A stretch of DNA of 64,000 bases from Patescibacteria group bacterium (GTDB lineage: Bacteria; Patescibacteriota; Patescibacteriia; Magasanikbacterales; GWA2-37-8). A program made the translations under genes and the position numbers. Each line of letters opens with the position of its first letter. The first letter of the stretch is position 1. Where the stretch lies: assembly GCA_022710645.1 (NCBI GenBank), contig JAKLGL010000002.1, positions 212,176-276,175 of the forward strand. Direction: 5' to 3'. Shown piece after piece: positions 1-12,214 of this stretch. Under the pieces are notes generated by a model. It was not told the DNA's origin, ran no database searches, and saw only the letters and a list, made by a program, of their open reading frames with translations.

Positions 1-3000
1 CACTGGGAGAAAAGGTACCTAAAAATTTAATTTTTTCCGCAGATTGCAAAATACTTCCTTTAACACTTAATTTTTCATTTTGAGCTTTGGTGCCGATTCC
101 AATTTTATTGAAATTATATAAATTACTTCCTGAGATATAAATATAATCATTAAGGGCTGTCGCAGACTGGAATTGCCCATCAGAAGATATTGCTATAGAT
201 GTCCAATTTTTTATTCCAGTGGCGGTATTGGTAGCCCAAGTATTACCGTGATCTATTGAGGAAAAAATATAGCCACTTTGTAGTTCAACCGCTGATTGAT
301 ATTTACCGTCAGAGGACATAGCCACATCAGACCATCTGGTTGATTTACCTTTCGCAGACCAGGTATTGCCATAATCAGAAGATATATAAATATAATCCCA
401 GTCAGTAGCTGAACCCACAACTGCGGTTTGATATTTACCATTGGCAGAAATACTTACAGCACTCCAAGCATTTTCTCCGGCTGAAGTGCTAGTAGTCCAA
501 GTAATACCATAATCGGAAGAAACACGGATAGGACCATCCATCTCAGCTAATATTTGATATTTACCATCAGAGGACACGGCTGAATCTGTTGACCCAAAGG
601 CATTAGACTCTGACCAACTACCAGAAATACCATAATTGAAAGATCTAACTATACTACCATTACAAGTAGCCAATTGATATTTACCATCAGAGGACATGGA
701 AATAGAACTGTGGCAACCTGCAAAAGCACCTCTTCCTATACTCCATGTTTTACCATAATCAGAAGATACACGAATTTGATTACCTAAACCTGTGATTGTT
801 TGATATTTACCATCAGAGGACATAGCTGTTTTGGTGTAACCCCAACCCGGTGTAGTTGTTGTCCAGCTATATCCATAATCCGAGGAACTATATAACAAAT
901 TATTGGATGAATTTCCAGCAATTTGATACTTACCGTCAGAGGATATAGATATTGAAGCCCAGTTTATTTTTTGACTATCCGCTTTAATATGATAATCCGA
1001 CCAAACAGAGCCCACATCTATCGCCCAATTGTTTTCAGATATTTTATTTTTTCCAAAATACAATCCTCCTCCTTGATCAAAAATTAATTGATCTCTCACT
1101 GATACTCCGTTACTTGCCACAAACAAAGCACTGGTAGCTTGCCAACTTGCTCCACCTTGATTTACAAGCATTTGTCCAGATATACCAGAGGGTATAATAG
1201 GAGAACCATTTATAAAATAATTCCCAGAAATATTGACATTTCCTCCATAAGAAATATCAACATAGGAGGTATAAATAGGAGAATAATTACTAATCACAGC
1301 TTGAAAATTTCCTTCCGCTGACACAACTATACTTCTCCAAGTATTATTTATAAAATTTTTATTAACCCAAGTATTGCCATAATCTGAGGAAAAATAAATA
1401 CTTCCCTGGTCCGCATCATAACCATTGGATATGGAAATTGCGGTTTGATATTTGCCGTTAGCAGAAATAGCCACATCTTGCCATTTTCTTGCACCAGCAG
1501 AAGTGCTAGTAGTCCATGTATTTCCATAGTCTGAAGAAATATAGATATAATTAGCATCAGCATTCCAATGATTACCCGAAACTACAGTTTGATATTTACC
1601 ATCAGATGATAGAGCAACTGACCTAAACTCTCCGTAATAGCTGCTAAATTTTTGAACAAAAGTATTACCATAATTAGAAGATATGTAAATGTAACCACTA
1701 TAGATAACTGTTTGGTACTTACCATCTGAAGAAATTCCTACTGCAGGATTAGTCCCGGCATAAATCGTGTTGTTCCTTTTCCAAGTATTACCATAATCAG
1801 AAGAGGTGTGGACAAAACCATTCATTGCCACGGCTGTTTGATATTTACCGTCAGCTGAAATGGAAACAGATGACCAATTACCGGAATTATCTGTGGTCTT
1901 GTCTGACCAAGTAGCGCCATAATCAGAAGAAATATATACATCACCATCTCCATCTCCGGCCACAGCAGTCTGATATTTTCCGTTTGAAGAAATAGAAATT
2001 CCTACCCAGCTCCTTTGATCAGAGGAAGTGCTAATAACCCAAGTATTACCATAATCCGAGGATATGTATATATAATCATTACCTTTAGCAAGACTTTGAT
2101 ATTTGCCATCAGATGATATGGCTAAATCTCTCCAAAAAGCATCAAAGGCTTTGGAAGAAGTGACGTTCCAAATAGTTTCCATGTCTGAATTCCACATATT
2201 TTCTGAAACTCTAGTGCGACCAAAATATATTCCACCTTCTTGATTGGATAATAATTGATTATCAAAAAGAGAACTCCCTTGCACAGATAATAAACGCCCT
2301 GGAGCGTTATCACCAATACCAACATTACCACCCAAAATAGCAAAAGTATTATTTTGTGATAATGTTTGTGCGGTAGTGGTGCTCAAATTTATACCGAATG
2401 AAGAGTCGCCAAATACCCCCATCCCCGAACCCATTGCATAAGAAGAAATACCGGTTGAAGTATTATTAACACCTCCTAAGACAATTGAATAATCTCCGGA
2501 AACTAAATTATCTTGACCACCCAATATTACTGAATTTACACCAGAAGCTATACTTCCATACCCACCCACAATTGTCGCCCCCATACCAGAAGCTATATTT
2601 GCTTGACCACCAATAATAGCTGTAAAATAATTTGTTGTTGTGTTGTACCATCCACCTAATATAATTGAATCTCGTCCAAAAGCTTCATTATCATATCCGC
2701 CAATTATAGCAGAACGAAGACCACTAGCTTCATTGCTAAAACCACCACCAATAAAAGAACTTTCTCCCGAAGTTATATTACTATCCCCCCCACCAACAAA
2801 AGAATAGTCTCCTGAAGCTCTGTTTTGCATACCAGCAGCGAAACTCCAATTACCTGCTGTATTACTAAACGCATTAAGCATTGAAATACTGTTTGTTGTG
2901 TTGTTGATAGTTATTCTCCGCGTTGCCTCCCAACCAGAAGAACCATAAAAAAGAGTTTGCCCGGTCATTCCAGATGGCAATGAAGCGCCGGAAATCCCAA

Positions 3001-6000
3001 GCGAACTTGTATTTGTCCAATAAGGCAAAGAAGTGACCGGATTAATCATCAAAACTTGATTTGCTGTTCCACCAATACCGCCAAATTTAAGTGTGCCGTT
3101 ATTGTTGATGTCTAAATCACCAGCTACGGTAAGCAAACTAGATGGCGAAGCTGTGCCAATACCGATTTTGCCATAAGTATAAGAATCGGCAGTGGAGGTA
3201 TAAATATATCCTCGATCTCCCCATTCTCTAGAAACCATGGTTTGATATTTGGCGTCAGCGGACATGGCTACAGATTTAAGCGTATTATAACTAACATAAT
3301 CAGTGGTCCAATTATCACCAAAATTGTTTGAAATATAAATATAATTTGAAGTGATAGCCGTGCGGTGTTTACCATCTGAAGACATGGTAATGTCCACTAG
3401 ACTAGAAACATTAGTGTTTACAGTCCATGTTTGACCATAATCAGTTGAGCTATATATATAACCAGAATCCACAGCAGCAGTTTGATATTTACCATCTGAT
3501 GACATAGCTAGCGATTTCCAGTTTAAATAACCGTAATCAGTTTTAGCAGTCCAGGTTTGTCCATAATCAGAAGATGTGTATAAATATTCCCCATTAACAG
3601 AGGCTGTCTGGTACTTACCATCTGACGATATGCTTACATCGCTCCAATTTCTCCATGTATCGTTGAGTTTAACATTCCATGTGCTACCGAAATCAGAGGA
3701 AATGTATACTACCACATTTTGCAAAACCAATGTTTGATATTTACCATCTGCAGAAATGGCTACGTAACCAGGACCGCCAAAACTATGTATATTTGACCAG
3801 TTTAGTCCATAATTTGAAGAAGTATAAAGATTACCTCCGTTGTTCATAGCAATCTGATATTTACCATCAGCAGACATGGCCACTGAATTGGCTAAATATC
3901 CTTGCCAAGTATAATTCCAAGTTTGTCCAAAATCTGTTGATCTAAATATATAACCATTTTGATTTGCTATTGTTTGGTATTTTCCGTCCTTGGACATGAC
4001 AACATCTTCCCATTGATCATAATATGAAAAATTTTGTTGCCATGATTGTCCAACGTTTGTTTCTTGGAAAGTGTCATTATAAAGCATCGGATCCCAAAGA
4101 GAACCACCTGATGAAATATCAGAAAGTTGATTTCCATTCCAAAACAATTCTCCACCTTGATTGTATAAAGCATTGGTTATATCTCCCGGCAAAGCATCAG
4201 CAATGGTTAAACCATAACCTGTTTGAATTTGATTGTTAAATACAGCATTGCCAGTGAACAAAGAAGATCCGTCAACTGTCAAAAGACTACCTGGAGTGGA
4301 AGTACCAATACCAACGTTACCTAATTCACTTACAGAAATACCACCTTGTGTATTACCGTTGGTATTAATATTTAAAAGACCATTATTACGAATCTTGAAA
4401 GATACAAAATTATTATCATCATAAACTAAACGCAAAGAGTCGGAACCAAAACTTTCTGGAGTTTCATTTAAAATTTCAACTAAAGTAGATGTTGGCATAA
4501 CCAAAGGTGGTCCGTCCATCTGTAAACTACCACCATCAGTTGCTTCGTTGAAAGTTGTAATATTCTCTGCGGTGATAGCGTAATAAGACCAACCTTCTCG
4601 GTCTGTATAGATATTTATCAAATAACCATCCTCATCATCTACATTATTCCAACTCCAACTAATCAAAGTATCATCACTTGGTGTGGTTGTGGTTTGTCCA
4701 AATGGCAAATAATAAACAGGGTCGGAATAAACAATCTCACCGCCAACTTCACGATAAGAATAAACCCGGGCATTTCTTTGTGTCCCTGAAGGAAATCCAT
4801 TTCCACCTCCACTCACCCATTCAACAAAATCTAAATTTGAAGGTGTGCCAAATGTTCTAAATTCAGGCAAAGAATTAAATTCACTAAAAACAGTATTTGT
4901 TGTAAACGAATATAAAAACCAACCCATACCTTGGACATAGCCGTTATACAAATAACCATCAGCACCTTCAACTTCATCCCAACTCCAAACAGCCATATAG
5001 TCAGTATCTGGAGTTGAAGTGGTGTCAGGTGGAATAACATAATAAGTAGGATCAGAATAAATTCTACCATTAGCTGTATCTTTATAACTATAAATTCTAA
5101 CATTTCTTCCGGTTCCAGGCGGAATCATACCTCCCAAAAACGCAGACGCGTCTTCCCAACCTGTTAATTCAATATTTTGTGTGTTATTTACAGTAATGTT
5201 TTGAAAACTAGTGCTACTAGAATATACAGAATAGCTGTTATCCAAAATGCTTAATCTAGCTAAACTATTCAAATCCATTCCTATACCAACATTACCCAAA
5301 AGAGAAGTTCCTTGTTCAGATAAAGTAATAGTTCCTGTAGGGCTTTGGTTAACTGATAATTTTAAATTACCATTATTCAATACTTTGAAGGAAGAAAAAT
5401 TGTTGGTGTCATAAACAAACCGTAGCGAATCAATGCCGTAATCCATAATTCTATTGTTTGAGACATCTGGCGGACCATCATCGTTTATACTACCAGCCAT
5501 AAATTCAGCTAGTTCACTAACTGAATTTGCTGTAGTTGTACCATAATTATCCCAAACCATTCCATCCCCATCAAAATTTCCACCTATATTTAAAAGATAT
5601 CCGTCCACAGTGTCAGCAGAAGCTGTCCAACTCCAATCTATCAAACACCCTTGTTCTGCTGGGTCAGTTGTAGTTGTGATATTACTTGGAAGACCTAGAT
5701 AATTTTGAGAATAATATCTTGTCCCTAATATGTCTTTATAAGAATATATTCTAATATTTCTTTCTACAAAACCTGGCGGAAGCATCCTATAATAATCTTC
5801 TGAACAAACCCATTCATATTGTAAATCTGTTGGCGGACTAAAAGTTTCTGAAGTATAACTATCATCCGCAATAACCACTCTTGAATTATTATCGGTAGAT
5901 GTCCCAATCCCTACATTTCCATTAGCCAAAATACTTAATCGCTCATTTCCGCCACCACTGGCGCTATCAAAAATAGAAAATCTATCTTCAATTTGAGTCA

Positions 6001-7778
6001 AAGACCAAGTACTTGTTCCGAGGTTTATAATATTTGTCCAAACTTCATTCCAGCGAGCATCAGAAGCACCGAGACTATACAAACTCACGTTCCCATCTCC
6101 GCCAGTCATATCTGGTAAAATATTTTGCATTGTTGAAGTGCCGGCTACAGACAAAAGAGTGGTTGGGTTGGTAGTGCCTATACCGACATTACCATTATTA
6201 TCTATCCTCATCCTTTCGTTTGATGCCAAAGTCCCACCAGTATGAAATTTGATAGCGTTTGAAGAATTATTTTCAGCTATACCAATCGCTAATGATTTAT
6301 TTGAAGCATACAGATAGGAATCATTGGCTCCCACAATAGTAAAAAGTGGATTATTATATCCAGAACTATTGATACCTAAATCAACATAATAAGAAGTATC
6401 GGTTCCATTATTGGCTGTGGCAATATAATCAGTAGAAGCATTTCCTCCGGAAGATAAATTTTGATTATTTATTTGTGAATAAGTATTTGTGTTTGCAAAA
6501 AATGAAGCAATCGAATTTGGTAAAGCATTTCCAGCGCCAACTTGCAAAAGACTACCGGGAGTAGTTGTGCCAATACCAACATTACCACCATTAAAATAAG
6601 AAGAGCCATTTGAATTTAAATAAATTTTAGTGGAATTTGTATTTTTAACTGAAATATTTCCAGCACGATTCGCACCTTGACTAAGAGTAACTATACTTTC
6701 TCCGTTATAACCTCTAATATCTAAGGCATTTGTATAATTGGTAGTAACACTTAAAGTTAATAAACTGTTAGGTGCAGTGGTTCCAATTCCAACAAATCCA
6801 GAACTACTAACAAAGATATTATTGGTAGCAGTCCAATCTGCACCATCGTAATAAAGCGTCTGACCAATAGAACCACTTGGTAAAGAACCACCGCCAACAA
6901 TCCCCAAAGTATCTGTTGCTACCCAAGTTGGAGAACCACTATTTAACTGCAAAATCATACCATCTGATGATGGTACAATAAAATCATAGGCAGAACCATT
7001 GGAATAAACCAAAGATCCATTACTTCCAAGAGTAGAAGTTCCTGTACCACCTAGAGAAGTTAGCAAAATTCCAGAAACTTCAGAAGTAGATGATAAATCA
7101 ATAGTACTAGTAGACCAAACACCCCCAGAAACTTTTACTATACCAGTCCAATCAGAAGAGTTTGCACCAACGCCACCATAAGCCGAACTTATAATATCAC
7201 CTTGCCAAGTACCTGAAGTTATTAAACCAAAAGTTGAATTTCCAACAACTGACAAAAATCCTCCAATATATTGATTGGTAGAAGTAATATAAGTAAATTG
7301 AGCGGTTGTTGCAGTTTCCGTACCAATAGCTCCCGGAGCAGCCCAAGTTTTTCCTTCTAATTGTGAAGATGTAAAAGCAGCCGGCACGGCACCGAGAATT
7401 TTTCTCGGACTCATGGTTTCCAAAGAAGAAGTTCCGATGCTAACTTCAAGATAAAGTGTTTGATTAAAATCAACACCCGTCAAACTGGAAACATCTCCAA
7501 GCATCACCGAGAATAAACCATTACGCAAATTTACCAAATACGGAGTTGATGTTCTTTCTTCCGACCAAACAGCTGTACCGCCTGTTTCTTGATTAAACAA
7601 TTCAAATTTCATCATGTAATCTCCATCGGAAACAGGTCTATTGTTTAAATCAAAAAGTTTTCCTTGATAATTGATTTCAGGATTAAAAGCAGCATTTGCG
7701 GTTGCAAAAAAAGACATGGCAAATACCAAAAAAATAGGTAAACCTAAAATTACATTTTTCCTCCAAAAATTGCGCATA
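1..7778 (-). CDS. Giant secreted surface protein (partial; C-terminus beyond window start). It has a signal peptide, tail-fibre-like GNVGIGTTxP beta-helix repeats, three Fn3-like repeats, YadA/Hep_Hag-like G-rich repeats, and more than 20 BNR/Asp-box SxDxGxTW repeats.
   Basis: Manual translation of the reverse strand from the ATG at 7776-7778 (MRNFWRKNVILGLPIFLVFAMSFFATANA...) gives an uninterrupted frame to position 1. Recurring ISSDGKYQT...SSDYGNTWT modules keep the frame throughout. The gene is not in the ORF track because its stop lies outside the window. Confidence 0.8.
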
Positions 7779-7829
7779 AAAAACGCTATTTTTTGCTTAA
7801 TATTAGCTAAATTTTCTCTCTATGTGTAT

Positions 7830-7838
7830 ATTATACCA
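7830..7838 (-). promoter_or_regulatory. Extended -10 element (TGgTATAAT) about 45 nt upstream of the giant gene start
   Basis: The reverse strand reads aaaaaaTGGTATAATATacac. No good -35 is present, which is compatible with an extended -10 promoter. Confidence 0.3.
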
Positions 7839-7950
7839 TTTTTTGCAATCGCTGAAAATAGCTAAGATAGGCAAAAAAAAAGGCAAAACTGTGGATAAGT
7901 TTTACCGCCAGTCCATAACGTCTTTAATGTCTATAAAGTCTATAAAATAT

Positions 7951-7980
7951 AATAAAAAAACGGCCTTTTTACAGGCGTTT
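7951..7980 (-). terminator. Weak bidirectional hairpin (AACGGCC...GGCGTT) flanked by A and T runs, downstream of the 8054 gene
   Basis: The sequence is aaaaaaacggcctttttacaggcgttttttt. The stem has a bulge. Confidence 0.3.
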
Positions 7981-8053
7981 TTTTATTAAAAAATTTTTAT
8001 TGCTTTATTTTTCCGTTTTGTCCTTTATGGACTTTAAGGACTTTATGGACTTT

Positions 8054-9088
8054 TTACTTCATTATCTTCCACTTCTCTTCTTCGGAGATTAGATAATAAG
8101 TGTCTGTTTTTTTATTCGCAGAAATTGTAATGCTATAAACTTTTGGAAATAACAAATCGTATTTTTCACTTTTCCAGTTATCTACCACGGAAATATTTGT
8201 TATTACCACATTTTGATCTTCTACGTTATTCGGCGCTAAAATAGTTTTATAAGCGGAAATAAATTTATTATTATCAATTTTATTTTGAACATCGTTTGGT
8301 AGATTTTTATAAATATCACCAAATTTTCCTCTGGCTTCGGCATCCATAACGGAAATCAATAAATTATACATGTCCGGAGAAAAATACCAAGATAATAATT
8401 GATCGTTTTGTTTTGATGACAAAGATAAAATAACAGCCTTCTTTAAATTTGGATGAGTCAGATAAATACCTTCTCCTGATTTAACTTTATTAAAAACAAA
8501 ATAACCGGAAGCCGAAGTTTTAACAACCGTATCTCCGGAACTCAAATCAGCTTTAACACCTTGTAAAGTCAAAGGATCTATTAATTGACCTGAAACTTTA
8601 TTCAAAATCAATTCCGGAGCATCTTTCACTATTTTAAAATATCCGAGTTTAAAATTAAAAAACAAACCGGCAAACAAAGCCGCACCCACCAATAACATAG
8701 CAATAATAACATTAATTCCGAAATATCTGGTTTGTCTCGGAAAACCCATAGCCTCAGCATCCGCTTTTCTGGCCAAACGAACCATATTAATTGCAGCGAC
8801 AGCTACCAATAAAACCAAAACCCAGATGGTAATAGTGGAAATCGCCGGAACTACATTTGTTACTCTGTCTATCAAACCGAAATTTTCACTGCTGGTCGGA
8901 GTTGTTTCTTGTTTTAAAATATAAATCAAAGCTTCGTCGGTATTTCCGTATTCATCCTCCACCATAATAACATGAGGTCCTTCGGACAAACTTTTATCAA
9001 TCATTAAATCCCAATTACCAGAAGAATCGCTTTGCAAATCAAAAGCGTAAGGTTGAGGATTGCTGTTGGTTGTGGTGTTTTCTTCCAT
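8054..9088 (-). CDS. Hypothetical membrane protein (two TM helices, ~190-aa C-terminal extracytoplasmic domain), last gene of the surface operon
   Basis: 344-aa ORF. Hydrophobic segments are ISTITIWVLVLLVAVAAI and NVIIAMLLVGAALFAGLFF. There is a 3-nt gap to the upstream gene. Confidence 0.6.
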   Translation of the reverse strand: MEENTTTNSNPQPYAFDLQSDSSGNWDLMIDKSLSEGPHVIMVEDEYGNTDEALIYILKQETTPTSSENFGLIDRVTNVVPAISTITIWVLVLLVAVAAINMVRLARKADAEAMGFPRQTRYFGINVIIAMLLVGAALFAGLFFNFKLGYFKIVKDAPELILNKVSGQLIDPLTLQGVKADLSSGDTVVKTSASGYFVFNKVKSGEGIYLTHPNLKKAVILSLSSKQNDQLLSWYFSPDMYNLLISVMDAEARGKFGDIYKNLPNDVQNKIDNNKFISAYKTILAPNNVEDQNVVITNISVVDNWKSEKYDLLFPKVYSITISANKKTDTYYLISEEEKWKIMK

Positions 9089-9093
9089 ATAAA

Positions 9094-11496
9094 TTAGTAA
9101 ATCACCGCTTTTATTTTACTTTTTGGTGTTGCGTTGCCGTTGACATAAACACGACTGCCGGTTTCGTTTTGCACATTGAGTATTTTCAAAAAAGTTTTTG
9201 GTTTGGCTGGAGTTGTAACCGGTTTTGGTTTTACCGGAACGGAAGGTTTTACCGTCGGTACCGGGCATTCTTTAACAATCTCACGCACTACTTCAAATTG
9301 CGGAGACATTAATAATTCCGGACCGTAAACTTCATTACCGCCGGCTTTAGTCATCGGACGAAAATAATAAACTTTGCCTTTTTCCAAATTATTTATCAAA
9401 ACCGCATGATAAACGGAATTATCCAATCTTTCTATAGTGCTATAAGAGTAACCCAAATTTGTGTTTGTTTGATTCACGCTTTCTACCGGAGAAGTTCCAT
9501 AAACCACTCGCGAAGATCCGGCTATTGAAGAATACCAAGTTATCAATACGGTAGAACCATCAACTTGCGTAGCAAACGCATTATTCGGACTTATGTTTAA
9601 CAATGTCGGCGAACTTCCACCAGAACTCCCTCCCCCGCAAGCACCGCCCCCGGTTCCCACACATTTAAGCAAAGAAGTGCTCCAGGAAGTGTTACTGCCG
9701 CAATAAGAAGATCCGACGCAAGATCCCCCGGTAGAAACAGAATAAACATATCTGCTCATCACATTACCGGAATTGTCTCGCGTATAAACTATAACCGGAA
9801 TAGATTCACCGGCAATAAAATCATTTTGCGGATCCAAAACAAAAGCATAATCGTTTATATTTCCGGTACGAGCTGTTGTGTCTCCGGCATAATTACCTCC
9901 GTTAAAATCGGAAGAAGTGGAGAAAGATATCGTTTTACCATTGATTGATAAACTTCCGGCACCACCTCCATTGGTATAATAATCTCCGTTTATATAAAAA
10001 ATCGTATTACTCAAATCTATCCCTGTTCCGGTATCTTTGAGATGCAAAGAAATCTTATCATTTAAAGCCACAGAAGCATCATTTAAAGGAGATAGATTAT
10101 CAACAAAAGGGCTATCTGTATCAGCTGTGGAAAAAGTATAGTTATCAGTGGTCATAATATTTCCGGCCAAATCAGCGCAATCATACACACTTACCGATAC
10201 AGTCTCATTTTGCGCAAAATCCGTAGTCGGATTTATCGTAAATCGATAACCATAATCTATAGCTGTTACTGTAACCGTTCCCAAACCTTGTTGAAAAGTA
10301 GTTAAAGCAAAACTCGGAGAAGAAACATTTATTCGGCAAGTGCCAGCATTAACTCCCGTACCGGAGATATTACCGGGATATGTTTTTTTATCATTTAAAT
10401 CAATGACGATATTCGTATTAACACTGTTACTACCACTGCTTCTAACCGGGCTTTCCGCCACCACACGAGGCGCGACAGTATCCGCTTCAGTAATGAAAGT
10501 CCATGTTTTACTATCCATAATGTTCGGACCATTGGTATCACCTAACTGATTTTGCGCAGATGAAGCATAATCACGATAATTATTTACCACTACAGTATAA
10601 GTGGTGTTATATTCCCAATTACGCATATCACCGGAAATTCCGGAAGGAGAGCTCGGATTAATCGTAACATTACAGAGATTTGTTCCCCAAACACCAGAAC
10701 ATCCATAACTAGCTGACCCTATTTGACTCACGGAATTAAAAGTAATATTACCGGTAGCAGTATCTACACCTGTGCCAACACCGCTATTATCTCCCTCTCC
10801 GTTTTTACTATCTCTCAAATCAAAATAATAATCGTCATCAATCGCCACCCCCGATCCTCCTGAAACAGGAGACGGGTTTAAAGCGTAAGGTTTTTTTGTA
10901 TCAGCCCATAGATGTAATGAAAAATCTTCAGCATCATTCATAATATCTTCGCCATTGTAAGAAATATTACTTTCCGTGGTACTTCCAAAAGAACCTGTAT
11001 TAATATTTAAAGTCGTCGGAGCACCGGTGCCATAATTAACAGCTGTCGGTTTAATCACGGTAAATTGAACCGAACCAAAAGTACCTATTCCCGAAGAATT
11101 CCCCGAAGTACGATATCCGGTTGAACGAGTACGCCAAATATTACCTGAAACAAAAACTGTATTTTGTCCGGACCATACCGGAAAATAAGTTCCTGTATTT
11201 AAATTTGAAGAAGTTACAACCGAAGCATCATGATCTATCCAAATATTAGCCGAATTGGTATGTTCAGAATTTATCTGCATGGTAGCGGTAAAAGTCTGAC
11301 CGACATAATAATAATTATAATCAGACGGATTCCCAGTTCCCCCGTCACCAGTATTATCCGCTCCAGTAAAAGGTGATGATAGAAGTTGAAACCAATTATT
11401 TCCCGAAGGGGTAGCAGAATAAACAAGATTTGCAAACAAAAAAATACCGGCCAACAAGAACAGTGAAAAAAGTGTTTTCTTTTCTTTAAAAACCAT
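9094..11496 (-). CDS. Large secreted surface protein (signal peptide, G/S/T/N-rich beta-type domains, Fn3/PAP-like module, Pro/Lys-rich linker, Cys cluster)
   Basis: 800-aa ORF. N-terminus is MVFKEKKTLFSLFLLAGIFLFANLVYSA. It has an Fn3-like TVLITWYSS...VYYFRPMT module and a C-terminal PVPTVKPSVPVKPKPVTTPAKPK segment. Confidence 0.65.
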   Translation of the reverse strand: MVFKEKKTLFSLFLLAGIFLFANLVYSATPSGNNWFQLLSSPFTGADNTGDGGTGNPSDYNYYYVGQTFTATMQINSEHTNSANIWIDHDASVVTSSNLNTGTYFPVWSGQNTVFVSGNIWRTRSTGYRTSGNSSGIGTFGSVQFTVIKPTAVNYGTGAPTTLNINTGSFGSTTESNISYNGEDIMNDAEDFSLHLWADTKKPYALNPSPVSGGSGVAIDDDYYFDLRDSKNGEGDNSGVGTGVDTATGNITFNSVSQIGSASYGCSGVWGTNLCNVTINPSSPSGISGDMRNWEYNTTYTVVVNNYRDYASSAQNQLGDTNGPNIMDSKTWTFITEADTVAPRVVAESPVRSSGSNSVNTNIVIDLNDKKTYPGNISGTGVNAGTCRINVSSPSFALTTFQQGLGTVTVTAIDYGYRFTINPTTDFAQNETVSVSVYDCADLAGNIMTTDNYTFSTADTDSPFVDNLSPLNDASVALNDKISLHLKDTGTGIDLSNTIFYINGDYYTNGGGAGSLSINGKTISFSTSSDFNGGNYAGDTTARTGNINDYAFVLDPQNDFIAGESIPVIVYTRDNSGNVMSRYVYSVSTGGSCVGSSYCGSNTSWSTSLLKCVGTGGGACGGGSSGGSSPTLLNISPNNAFATQVDGSTVLITWYSSIAGSSRVVYGTSPVESVNQTNTNLGYSYSTIERLDNSVYHAVLINNLEKGKVYYFRPMTKAGGNEVYGPELLMSPQFEVVREIVKECPVPTVKPSVPVKPKPVTTPAKPKTFLKILNVQNETGSRVYVNGNATPKSKIKAVIY

Positions 11497-11532
11497 ACTT
11501 CTTATTTTTTAACGTTCTTATTATAACACGTT

Positions 11533-12189
11533 TTATTCTCCTTGCATATCCAAATTTTTGAGCAACAAACTCAAATCTACGGAATTCACAACAACATCTT
11601 GATTCACGTTAGCTCGAATTCCGCGAGTAGTCAGATCGTTTGCATCCAAATCATTTAACATTATACTCAAATCAACAGAATTGATCTCATTATCTCCCAA
11701 AGTATTTGGATCAACTCCCAATCCGCTAATATCTCCAGCTAAAAGACGCACTGGGCCCGTAACACCGTCGGCATTATCGGTTGTCGTAAAATTAAAAATA
11801 TTTAAACCATCTGGTATGGAAATATTTGCCAATTTTTTGGATAAATGTTGATGAGTTTTGATATAGACATCAAAATTACCCTCTGGAAGCGTATCTATGA
11901 TAATCGGCGATAATCTTTCACCTGCCACTGTGGTAGTTAACAAAGAGTCCATTTTATAAGCAATATTTTCCGTGCCCGGATCTTTAAAATACAGATAGAA
12001 AGTCGTATCCCAATTTGTACTACTAGCCCCTACTCTGCCTTCGGGTATCGCCCATTTAACTTCAGCTCCGACCTGTCTAGTAACGGTTAGTTCCACAGGA
12101 AAGCTTACGGAAGCGGCGGAAACAAAACTTAAACCGACGAAGGCGGTTAGAAAAGTTAGAAAGATAAATTTTGAGAAAGAAAACAACAT
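11533..12189 (-). CDS. Secreted protein with a C-terminal dockerin-like Ca-binding repeat pair
   Basis: It has a signal peptide. LGDNEINSVDLSIMLNDL and VNQDVVVNSVDLSLLLKNL match the dockerin DxNxDGxVNxxDlxlLkkyl pattern. Confidence 0.55.
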   Translation of the reverse strand: MLFSFSKFIFLTFLTAFVGLSFVSAASVSFPVELTVTRQVGAEVKWAIPEGRVGASSTNWDTTFYLYFKDPGTENIAYKMDSLLTTTVAGERLSPIIIDTLPEGNFDVYIKTHQHLSKKLANISIPDGLNIFNFTTTDNADGVTGPVRLLAGDISGLGVDPNTLGDNEINSVDLSIMLNDLDANDLTTRGIRANVNQDVVVNSVDLSLLLKNLDMQGE

Positions 12190-12214
12190 GTGTTTAAAAT
12201 TTCAAATTTCCAAA

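Noticed and set aside
253-7865. Many 60-110-aa ORFs on both strands inside 1..7778 listed in the ORF track
   Set aside because: All lie within, or antisense to, the continuous giant minus-strand reading frame, whose repeat motifs stay in frame throughout.
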